Source: Candidatus Brocadiia bacterium
GTDB taxonomy: Bacteria; Planctomycetota; MHYJ01; WSZJ01
NCBI GenBank assembly: GCA_013360825.1
Contig: JABWAY010000002.1
Location: forward strand, 1-39,376
Length of the DNA: 39,376 nucleotides
Direction: 5' to 3'
Part shown: positions 26,944 to 34,607 of the stretch, one piece after another
How positions within the stretch are numbered: the stretch's first letter is position 1
Layout of the letters: each line of letters opens with the position of its first letter
Notes under the pieces: model-generated
Seen by the model: only the letters and a program-made list of their open reading frames with translations
Told to the model about the DNA's origin: nothing
Database searches by the model: none
Translations under genes and position numbers: made by a program

Positions 26944-28865
26944 GCGATCCTCCAGTCCACGGTGAACTGCACCCGATCCATCGCGATCGCCTCCACCGGG
27001 CACCTCCGGGCACAGAGAGCGCACCGGATGCACCGGTCCTCGTCCTTCAGAATGGCGGAGTTCCCTTCTGCGTCCGCCCCGCCGCCGAGGGCGTCCTCGA
27101 CCGCCGCCTCGAGCCACTCCGACGGACCCATCGCCGACAGCGGCACCAGCTTCAGGCAGAGTGTCGGGCAGACGTCCGCGCATCCGCCGCAGAGCACGCA
27201 GCGGGATCCGTCGAAGACCGGCGTCACGCCGCAGTCGAGGCATCGCGACGCTTCCCGGCGCGCCTGCTCCTCCGTGTATCCCTTCTCCACCGGCACGTCC
27301 ACGCCGCCCATCCGTTCGTGCGGGTCCGCCGTCGGGATCTCCACCCGCCGGATCGACTCGTACCCGTGCTCGCGGGTGTACCGTTCCTGCGTCACGAAGT
27401 CCGTCCGGACCTCGACCTCGAGGCGGCGGCCGGTCAGGTGCGAGTAGATGGAGCGCGCGGCCTTTTTCCCGGAGGCGACGGCGTCGATGAGGAGCCGCGG
27501 GCCGTGCGCCAGGTCGCCCGCCACGAAAACGCCGGCGGCGGTCGACTGCAGCGTCTCGCGATCGACCGTCGGCCACCCCGGGCGCGCCTGCTGGACATCC
27601 GTCCCGCCGTCCTGGAGGAACGACAGGTCCGCGGCCTGACCTGTCGCGAGCAGCACGGTGTCGCAGGCGACCGTCTGCCGGCGCGCCTCGTCGTACACGG
27701 GCGCGAACTTCCGGTCCGCGTCGAAGACCCGAAGACACTTCCGGAAGGTCACTCCCGTGATTCTCCCGTCCGCCCCGCGGAGAATTTCCACGGGGCCCCA
27801 CCCGTTCAGCCGCTCGACCCCTTCCTCGTCTCCCTCCCGGATCTCGACCGTGTCCGCGGGCATTTCCTCCAGCGTTTCGAGGGATGCGAGGCGGACTTTC
27901 CGGGTTCCCGGCAGCCGGATCGCCGTGCGCGCCGCGTCGGTCGCCAGGTTGCGCAGCACGGTCCGCGCGACGTCGTAGGCGACGTTGCCGCCGCCGATGA
28001 CGAGCACATCGGAGCCGATCGCCAGCGGTTCCCCGACGGAGACGGCCCGCAGGAAGTCCACCCCCCCGAACACGCCGGGGCCGGCCTCGCCAGGCAGACC
28101 GAGCCCCCGCGAACGTTTCGCCCCCACGCACAGCAGGATCGCCCGGTGGCGCCGGCGGAGTTCGGCGAAACTGACGTCCTTTCCGACCGTCACCCCGCAC
28201 CGGATCTCGACGCCCAGCGCCTGGATCACGGCGATTTCCCGCTGGATCAGCGCGCGCGGCAGGCGGTAGGCGGGGATCCCGACGGCCAGCATCCCCCCGG
28301 GCACCTTCTCGATGTCGTACACGACGGGCTTGAACCCCATCAGCGCCAGGTCATGGGCCGCGGACAGCCCCGCCGGACCTCCTCCGATGATGCCGACCGA
28401 GTCCCCGTTTACCTTCGGGATCCGTCCGGCAAAGGCCCGAAGCGTCGCCGCCATCTCCTCCGCATCCGAGCAGGTCTCCGGCGTATGGGCCTGAAGCGCC
28501 TTCCACACGTCTCCGGGATCGCGCACATCCGGGCCGGCCTGCTCGCAGGCGAACCGTTTCAGCGCCCGGATCGAGACCGGGCGGTCGAGCGCCACGAATC
28601 TGCCGTCGGCGTCCGTGCGCGGGATCTTCCCGCGGCGGCAGGCGGTCTCACAGGGGGCCCCGCAGACCCGGCCGCAGATGGAGGCGAACGGATTCGGGCC
28701 GCGGGCGATCAGGTAGGCCTCCTCGAACCTGCCGGCGGCGACCGCCCGGACGTAGCCGCGGGCGTCCGTGTGGACCGGGCAGGCCGCCTGGCAGGCGACC
28801 AGTTCCCGATGGTGGGACTCACCCGGGACGGAGACGTTGAGCCGCGGGGAGGCGGTGTCGTTCAT
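26940..28865 (-). CDS. GltD-like (glutamate synthase small-subunit family) FAD/NAD(P)H oxidoreductase with N-terminal Fe-S sites and a C-terminal 2x[4Fe-4S] ferredoxin domain; cytoplasmic
   Basis: ATG 28865 is residue 86 of track ORF 26940..29120 and lies 5 nt after GGAG. 641 aa with no signal peptide. Motifs: CQAACPVH..CGRVCGAPCETAC, GIIGGGPAGLSAAHDL, VLVIGGGNVAYDVA, CLDCG..CVLCGGCADVCP..CIRCALCARRCP. Confidence 0.85.
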   Translation of the reverse strand: MNDTASPRLNVSVPGESHHRELVACQAACPVHTDARGYVRAVAAGRFEEAYLIARGPNPFASICGRVCGAPCETACRRGKIPRTDADGRFVALDRPVSIRALKRFACEQAGPDVRDPGDVWKALQAHTPETCSDAEEMAATLRAFAGRIPKVNGDSVGIIGGGPAGLSAAHDLALMGFKPVVYDIEKVPGGMLAVGIPAYRLPRALIQREIAVIQALGVEIRCGVTVGKDVSFAELRRRHRAILLCVGAKRSRGLGLPGEAGPGVFGGVDFLRAVSVGEPLAIGSDVLVIGGGNVAYDVARTVLRNLATDAARTAIRLPGTRKVRLASLETLEEMPADTVEIREGDEEGVERLNGWGPVEILRGADGRITGVTFRKCLRVFDADRKFAPVYDEARRQTVACDTVLLATGQAADLSFLQDGGTDVQQARPGWPTVDRETLQSTAAGVFVAGDLAHGPRLLIDAVASGKKAARSIYSHLTGRRLEVEVRTDFVTQERYTREHGYESIRRVEIPTADPHERMGGVDVPVEKGYTEEQARREASRCLDCGVTPVFDGSRCVLCGGCADVCPTLCLKLVPLSAMGPSEWLEAAVEDALGGGADAEGNSAILKDEDRCIRCALCARRCPVEAIAMDRVQFTVDWRIA

Positions 28866-29108
28866 GCCCGCTCCGCCGCCGCGCCTGCTGCCCTGCGGGG
28901 CGAATCGCCTGCGGAACCGGGGGGCCGGAAGGGGGACGCGGGAAGTGCGCAGGGCACCGGTGCTGTCGGGTGCGGGGTCATGGTGGGTCTCTCTTCTCAG
29001 CTCGGTGTGGGTGACCGGTCTGCTGGGGCAGGGGATCAGATTGCGAAAAGCGGGCCTCGGAAAAGAAGCGTGGCGCACGCGGATTGGGGGCGCTGGGGCC
29101 TGGGCACT

Positions 29109-29134
29109 GCGTGAAATCACGCTTCCGTGCGTGA
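29109..29134. promoter_or_regulatory. Three TCACGC/GCGTGA half-sites (candidate operator or alternative hairpins) in the leader of the respiratory operon
   Basis: The plus strand reads GCGTGA-aa-TCACGC-ttccgt-GCGTGA (29109-29114, 29117-29122, 29129-29134). It lies in a locally AT-richer patch about 245-270 nt upstream of ATG 28865. The sequence observation is certain; any function is unknown. Confidence 0.3.
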
Positions 29135-29278
29135 ATTGCCGCTATTGTCAGCGAACTCCCGCGCCGCACCCGCCGCCCCGCGCGGAACCGAGCCGGAGGC
29201 CACCCAGCCGGTGCGCAGAATCCTGCGAATTGGCGGCGACGTCCCTACTCCGGTGTCCCTTCCGCTGAAAACAACTCA

Positions 29279-29339
29279 CCCCACCCCGCAACCCCACCCA
29301 ACACCCGGATCCGCCCCTCCACCCGCCTCCCCCGCCCCC
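29279..29339 (-). repeat. Strand-asymmetric G-run tract (nine runs of 3-5 G on the coding strand) immediately 3' of the REC-PilZ stop codon
   Basis: The plus strand shows C-runs at 29279-82, 29284-87, 29292-95, 29297-99, 29304-06, 29314-17, 29322-24, 29329-33 and 29335-39. The minus-strand transcript would read GGGGGCGGGGGAGGCGGGTGGAGGGGCGGATCCGGGTGTTGGGTGGGGTTGCGGGGTGGGG. Confidence 0.6.
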
Positions 29340-30100
29340 TACAGCCCGGGCTTCATCACATTCGTCCCGCGCTCCATCAGCCGGCGCGTGAACGCCTTCA
29401 ACCGCTCCTTCTCCGCCTGCGCCAACTCCACGAAATTCAGCCCGACATCAAATCGCTTCAGGTCCACCAGAGGCTCGACCCGGATCGCCTGCATCTTCGC
29501 CTTGAGCGGCGCCTCACCGGGAAGGTCGAGCTCGATGTTCAGCACCGCCCCCTTCGCAAGCTTCTCCTCCGTCTGGATCGAAATCCCCGTCTCGCTCAGA
29601 TCCGTCGTCATCGCCTCGCGCTTCTTCGTGAAGAAGCCGTCGTTCACGTTCTTGTAGCTCATCAGCAGCGCCTTCTTCAGCTTCACCCCCATCTGCCCCG
29701 CGCCGCCCACCCCGTCCTGCCCCGTGGCCAGCTTCGTGAACGCTTCCAGGACCTTGTCCCGCTGAAGCGGCTTCCGCACGCGGACCCCGTTGGAGAGGGA
29801 GATCGCGCCCATCACGAGATGCACCGTCTCCCCGGAGTGCAGGATGAGGACCTTGAGCTTCGGATACTTGTCGGCGATCTTCTTGACCAGGCTGTTGCCG
29901 CCGTCGCCGGGCTTGTTGGCGTGCCCGGGAAGGAGCAGATCGATCGCGATCGCCCAGGGCTTGAGCAGGTCGATCGCTTCGAACAGCGCGTCCCCATCCG
30001 TGGCCTCCCCGACGACCTCGTAGGGCGTCCCCGACAGCAGTCCGGAGAAGGCTTTGCGGACTTCGGCACTCTTGTCGGCGACGATGATGGTCGTTCGCAT
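29339..30100 (-). CDS. Response regulator: receiver (REC) domain fused to a PilZ domain
   Basis: ATG 30100 is residue 61 of track ORF 29339..30280. The REC part has IIVADKS, AIAIDLLLPG, VLILHSG and VRKP. The PilZ part has TTDLSETGISI (DxSxxG) and a C-terminal beta-barrel pattern. The usual RxxxR is replaced by KLKK. Confidence 0.8.
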   Translation of the reverse strand: MRTTIIVADKSAEVRKAFSGLLSGTPYEVVGEATDGDALFEAIDLLKPWAIAIDLLLPGHANKPGDGGNSLVKKIADKYPKLKVLILHSGETVHLVMGAISLSNGVRVRKPLQRDKVLEAFTKLATGQDGVGGAGQMGVKLKKALLMSYKNVNDGFFTKKREAMTTDLSETGISIQTEEKLAKGAVLNIELDLPGEAPLKAKMQAIRVEPLVDLKRFDVGLNFVELAQAEKERLKAFTRRLMERGTNVMKPGL

Positions 30101-30278
30101 GGAATCCCCCGAGAAATCGGTTCGTCCGGATTCAGGCCTCGGATGGATGATGCGGTCTCGGGAGGGGCTGAAGGAAGCACAAAACGCGGCAATCTGCGAT
30201 CTGTGAGAACGGGAGGAGAGCCGGCCGGCCGGCTCCGGCCCCCCCCGGCGGCACGGCCGGCCGTACAATGCCCCGCCC

Positions 30279-31565
30279 ATGCCCTCCCTTCCGTTCTACT
30301 CGCGCTACACGCGCGGGCTCCACCTGCGCGCCGAGCTGCTGAACAACGTCTTCACCGCCGTCGTCGGCCTCGCCATCACCATCGCCCGCAAGACGCTCGG
30401 CGCCTCCGACGACTGGATCACGATCCTCACCACCGCCGGCCCCGCCGCGAACCTGACCGCCATCTTCTGGGCGAACGCCATGGAGGGACGGGCCAAGCGG
30501 CCGTTCATCCTGGGCGCCGCCGTCCTCGGCCGGCTCTCCCTCGCCTTCATGGCCTTCGCCGTGGAGCCCCCGCTCTTTGTCCTTCTCTGCTGCCTCTACT
30601 TCCTCTCGGAGCCCGCCTTCATCCCCGCCCAGAATGCGCTCCTCCAGGCCAACTACCTGCCGTCGATCCGGGGAAGGGTCTTCGGGGGGATCACGGGCGT
30701 GGCGCGGATCGCGTACCTGGTGACGGCGCTGGCGGCGGGATGGGTTCTGGACCATGACGGCGACGCCTACCGGTGGATGTTGCCGGTGGCCGGGGTGATC
30801 GGAACCGCCGCGTATTTCCAGTACGCCCGGATCCGGGTCCGGCGATGGGATGCGCCGGAGACGGTGAAGGAGCGCGGCGTGGTCGACGCGCTCCGGGGGT
30901 TCCTGAGAATCCTGCGGGAGGACCGGGAGTTCGACCGGTTCGAGCGGAACTTCATGCTCTACGGGATCGCGTTCATGATGGTGATGCCGATTCACATCTA
31001 CCTGCTGATCGACGTGCTGGAGATGTCGTACACGCAGGTGACCTGGTGCTCGATGATCCTGCTGCAGGTGGTGATCGTGATCGGGAGCCGGACTGCTGGG
31101 CGGCTCCTGGACCGCCTCGGGCCGTGCCGGCTGGCGGCGATCGCATTCGCCGCGCTGGTCGGCTACCTCGGACTGCTCGCCTGCGCGGCGGTCACGCGCA
31201 GCGTGCCGCTGGCGTTCGCGGGATTCGGGATGTTCGGGATCGGCATGGCGGGGGTGAACTCCGCCTGGTCGCTCGGCGCGATGCGCTTCGCCGGCGACCG
31301 GGATGCTTCGGGCTACATGGGCGCCCACGTCGCCTGCGTCGGCGTCCGCGGGTTGTTCGGTCCGGCCATCGGAAACGCGATCTTCCTCGCGGTGGAAGGA
31401 CCCTGGCTCGGCCTCCCGGGGTACGGAATGATGACGGTGTATGTCGTCGCGGCGATCCTGATGGCCGCGGCGGCGATCGAGATGTTCCGGCAGGGGAGAA
31501 GGACGGAGGGGACGCCCGCCGCGGGATCCGCGGCGCAGGAGCCTGCCGCGCTGGCCCGGGGGTGA
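30279..31565 (+). CDS. MFS-type transporter
   Basis: 428 aa with about 12 hydrophobic segments and an overall MFS-like architecture. Substrate is unknown. Confidence 0.75.
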   Translation: MPSLPFYSRYTRGLHLRAELLNNVFTAVVGLAITIARKTLGASDDWITILTTAGPAANLTAIFWANAMEGRAKRPFILGAAVLGRLSLAFMAFAVEPPLFVLLCCLYFLSEPAFIPAQNALLQANYLPSIRGRVFGGITGVARIAYLVTALAAGWVLDHDGDAYRWMLPVAGVIGTAAYFQYARIRVRRWDAPETVKERGVVDALRGFLRILREDREFDRFERNFMLYGIAFMMVMPIHIYLLIDVLEMSYTQVTWCSMILLQVVIVIGSRTAGRLLDRLGPCRLAAIAFAALVGYLGLLACAAVTRSVPLAFAGFGMFGIGMAGVNSAWSLGAMRFAGDRDASGYMGAHVACVGVRGLFGPAIGNAIFLAVEGPWLGLPGYGMMTVYVVAAILMAAAAIEMFRQGRRTEGTPAAGSAAQEPAALARG

Positions 31566-31574
31566 CCGCCCGCG

Positions 31575-32441
31575 TCAGCTTCCCCGGAGCCACCGCCCCA
31601 GCAGCCAGGTCGGCGCCAGGAACCCGAGGACGACCAGCCCAGGCTCCGCGGCGTCGAGCGTCCCGAGCAGGATCGCCGCACCGAACGGGATGATCGACCT
31701 CACCCCGGTGCGGATCACGAGCGGGAGAAACCGGTCCGGATCGCGCCGCACCGCCTGCACCCCGACCAGCAGGACCGATCCCGCCGCCAGAAGCGCCGGC
31801 CCCGCCGCGCGCACCGGCATCCGGACATAGAGCAGCGGCGCCGCGAGCGCCCCCGCCGCGACGACCACGAGCCCCGCCAGGAGGCCTTTCGGCCGTCGCC
31901 CCTCCTCAAACGTGCTGAGCAGCGTCAGCACCGCCACGAAGGCGGCGAGATTCGCGGCGGGGAGAAGCGTCCCGGGGTCGTGAAACAGGGCGCCTCCCGC
32001 CGCCATCCCCAGGGCGAAGTTCAGGCCGCGGAGCAGCCCCATGCAGAGCGGCCCCGCGACCCGTGACGTCTTGCCGAACGCGTCGTACGCGACGATGAAG
32101 ATCGCGATCTGCACGGCGGCCGCCGCCGCCCGCGGCCCGAACCGGGTCGCGAGGAGGATTCCCGCGGCGAGGAGCACCGCCGCGATCGAGAACGCCGCGG
32201 TGACCGGGATCGCACCGCTCGGGATCGGCCGCTCGGGGTGAAGCGTGCGGTCGCGCTTCGCGTCGCAGACGTCGTTGAGCGCCATGCCGCCGGAGTACAG
32301 GCAGGCCGACGCGCCGGCCGCGAGCCCGACCTGCCCCCAGTCCCACTGGCCCCCGGTCCACCCGAACCCGGCACAGGCGTCCGCCGCCGCCGTGAACACG
32401 TTCTGCAGCCGGAGAAGGCGGGGGACCGCGGACAGGCGCAT
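31575..32441 (-). CDS. UbiA-family aromatic/polyprenyl prenyltransferase
   Basis: 288 aa polytopic protein. It has the first Asp-rich motif LNDVCDAKRD (NDxxDxxxD) followed by RPIPSG. It begins 22 nt downstream of the preceding small ORF. Confidence 0.8.
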   Translation of the reverse strand: MRLSAVPRLLRLQNVFTAAADACAGFGWTGGQWDWGQVGLAAGASACLYSGGMALNDVCDAKRDRTLHPERPIPSGAIPVTAAFSIAAVLLAAGILLATRFGPRAAAAAVQIAIFIVAYDAFGKTSRVAGPLCMGLLRGLNFALGMAAGGALFHDPGTLLPAANLAAFVAVLTLLSTFEEGRRPKGLLAGLVVVAAGALAAPLLYVRMPVRAAGPALLAAGSVLLVGVQAVRRDPDRFLPLVIRTGVRSIIPFGAAILLGTLDAAEPGLVVLGFLAPTWLLGRWLRGS

Positions 32442-32463
32442 TCTGGTCTCCCGGGCGGCGCCC

Positions 32464-32742
32464 CTAGTATTCGACGACGTCCGCCAGCTTCGACACGCAG
32501 ATGACCGTCTCCACGCGCACCGTGACGGCCTTCCGGTTCATCCGGATCCCGGACTTCTTCGCCTCCATCACATACTGCTCCTTCGTGCTCCGGCTCTCGC
32601 CGCCGTCATGCACATCCACGTCCTTCAGCGTCATCGTGTGATCCGAAACCTCCGCCAGCATCCCGATGAACACGTACGGCGTCGATGTGTCCACCACCAC
32701 CTCGTGCCCCACGAACGGCTTCCAGGCGTCTGCGGCACTCAC
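32464..32742 (-). CDS. Small hypothetical protein (92 aa) translationally coupled to rseP
   Basis: GTG 32742-32740 overlaps the rseP TGA 32741-32739 (GTGA). GC3 is high. Sequence: VSAADAWKPFVGHEVVVDTSTPYVFIGMLAEVSDHTMTLKDVDVHDGG... The upstream part of track ORF 32464..33096 is out of frame within rseP. Confidence 0.45.
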   Translation of the reverse strand: MSAADAWKPFVGHEVVVDTSTPYVFIGMLAEVSDHTMTLKDVDVHDGGESRSTKEQYVMEAKKSGIRMNRKAVTVRVETVICVSKLADVVEY

Positions 32743-34574
32743 AGGAAGAATCGCCGGATGTCCTGGAACGTCGTGAACAGCAGGAGCGACAGGATCACCG
32801 CGGCCCCGATGTAGTTCGCCGGCACCATGATCCGGTCCGAGACCGGCTTGCCGCGGAGCTTTTCGAAGAAGAGGAACACCATGTGCCCGCCGTCGAGAAG
32901 CGGGATCGGGAGGATGTTGATCACGGCCAGGTTGATGCTGATCAGCCCCATGAGCCAGAGCAGGTTCCCCAGCCCGTCCTTCGCGCTCTTGTAGGAGGCC
33001 GACAGGATCCCGATCGGGCCGGAAAGATTCGACGCCTCCTCCTCGCGCACCACGAGCTTCTGCAGCATCTGCATCGTGAGCACGAACACGTCCCACGTCT
33101 CGGCCGCCCCCCGCTTCATCGCCTCCCCGAATCCAGGCTGCAGGAACAGCGTCTTGTGCTGGAGCTGGACGCCGAGGTCGCCGTCACCGAGCCGCAGGGG
33201 CGTCACCCTGACCTTGAGCGAGTCCTCCCCGCGCTTGATTCCGAGTTCCACGTCCTTCCCGTCGCCGGCGCGGACGGCGTTCTCGAGCTGTCCGAGCGAC
33301 AGGAAAAGCTCTCCCTTGCCCGCCGCCCTGATCTCGTCCTGCGACGGCGCCGACACGGAGCGCAGGTCCCGGCCGTCGATCGTGAGCACCCGGTCGCCCG
33401 GCTTCAGCCCCGCCTTCTCGAGCGCACTCCCCGCGGGAACAGAGGCGAGCACGCCGCTCGACTCCGGCATCACGCCGATGAACCCGCGGCCGCCCTGGCT
33501 CCCGACCGTCAGCGGCCCGCTCTTCGCCTCCCCGCCGCGCGTCCACTCCACGGTCACCGTCTGCCCGGCACGGGGGCGGAGCGCCTGGGTCACGGAGAAG
33601 AAGTCCGACACGGCCACGCCGTCGATCGAGGTGATCACATCGCCCGGCTTGAGACCGGCCCGGTCGGCCGGAGACCCCGGGCGGACGATCCCGACCGCAG
33701 ACGGCATCGTCTCCGCGCCGATCCCCAGCGTCGGCCGCGGCTCGCCCAGCTTCGGCGTCAGTTTCACCTCGCGCGAGGCCCCGTCCTTCGAGCGCATCGT
33801 CAGCGTCATCTCGCGCCCCGCGGCACGGTCGATCAGCCCCGAAATCTCCCCCGCGTCGAAAACCGCGACCCCGTCGATCGCCGCGATCTCCTCGCCGGGC
33901 TTCAGCCCCGCCGCCTCCGCCGTTCCCCCCGGCACCACCGCCGCAATCACCGTCGAGGCCGGCGAAATCCCGATCTGCCGCGCCGATCCCACGGTCACCG
34001 TCGTCTTCCGGATCTCCCCGTTCCGCCGCAGCTCCACCTCCAGCTGCTCACCCTTCCGGCGGCGCACGATCTCCCGGATGTAGTCCTCATACGCGGACAC
34101 CTTCGAGCCGCCGATCGACAGCAGCTCGTCCCCGACCTGCAGGTCGCTCGTCCACTCGCTCGTGTCCGGCCGCACGTCCCCCACGATCGGCGCCGCCGCC
34201 TCCTTCCCGACCATGAACGCCAGCATCATGATCGGAACCGCGGTCACGGTGTTCATGAGGATGCCGGCCATGAAGATCTGAAAGCGCGCCCAGACCCCCT
34301 TGCTCATCAGCTCGTCCGTCGCCCCGGACCTCTCCGGCGACATCGGTTCTCCGGCCATCGACACGAATCCGCCGAGCGGCAGCCAGGAAATCCGGTACTC
34401 CGTCCCCCGCCACTTGAACCCCCACAGCTTCGGGCCCCACCCGAATGAAAACACGGGACACCGAACGCCGTGCCACTTGGCGAACACGAAATGCCCCAGC
34501 TCGTGCACAAAGATAATGAAGCCGACCCCGAGCAGCACCTCGATGGCGGCCAGCAGCGTCTTCAGATAGCCCAT
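32739..34574 (-). CDS. rseP: RIP site-2 metalloprotease RseP with four tandem PDZ domains
   Basis: 611 aa. It has HELGH (HExxH) in TM1 and the NILPIPLLDGGH second motif. Four GLKPGD/E-type PDZ units are present: LQVGDELLSIGG, GLKPGEEIAAIDG, GLKPGDVITSIDG, GLKPGDRVLTIDG. Confidence 0.9.
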   Translation of the reverse strand: MGYLKTLLAAIEVLLGVGFIIFVHELGHFVFAKWHGVRCPVFSFGWGPKLWGFKWRGTEYRISWLPLGGFVSMAGEPMSPERSGATDELMSKGVWARFQIFMAGILMNTVTAVPIMMLAFMVGKEAAAPIVGDVRPDTSEWTSDLQVGDELLSIGGSKVSAYEDYIREIVRRRKGEQLEVELRRNGEIRKTTVTVGSARQIGISPASTVIAAVVPGGTAEAAGLKPGEEIAAIDGVAVFDAGEISGLIDRAAGREMTLTMRSKDGASREVKLTPKLGEPRPTLGIGAETMPSAVGIVRPGSPADRAGLKPGDVITSIDGVAVSDFFSVTQALRPRAGQTVTVEWTRGGEAKSGPLTVGSQGGRGFIGVMPESSGVLASVPAGSALEKAGLKPGDRVLTIDGRDLRSVSAPSQDEIRAAGKGELFLSLGQLENAVRAGDGKDVELGIKRGEDSLKVRVTPLRLGDGDLGVQLQHKTLFLQPGFGEAMKRGAAETWDVFVLTMQMLQKLVVREEEASNLSGPIGILSASYKSAKDGLGNLLWLMGLISINLAVINILPIPLLDGGHMVFLFFEKLRGKPVSDRIMVPANYIGAAVILSLLLFTTFQDIRRFFL

Positions 34575-34607
34575 GAATTCTCCGGTTGTCCGCGGAAGCG
34601 GCCCATC

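Noticed and set aside
28866-29120. 85-codon upstream extension of the GltD-like ORF (GTG at 29120). Likewise the 49-codon extension of the dxr-chimera ORF to 37067.
   Set aside because: GC3 drops in these extensions and they show no homology. Internal ATGs (28865 with GGAG; 36920 followed by a clear signal peptide) give family-typical N-termini.
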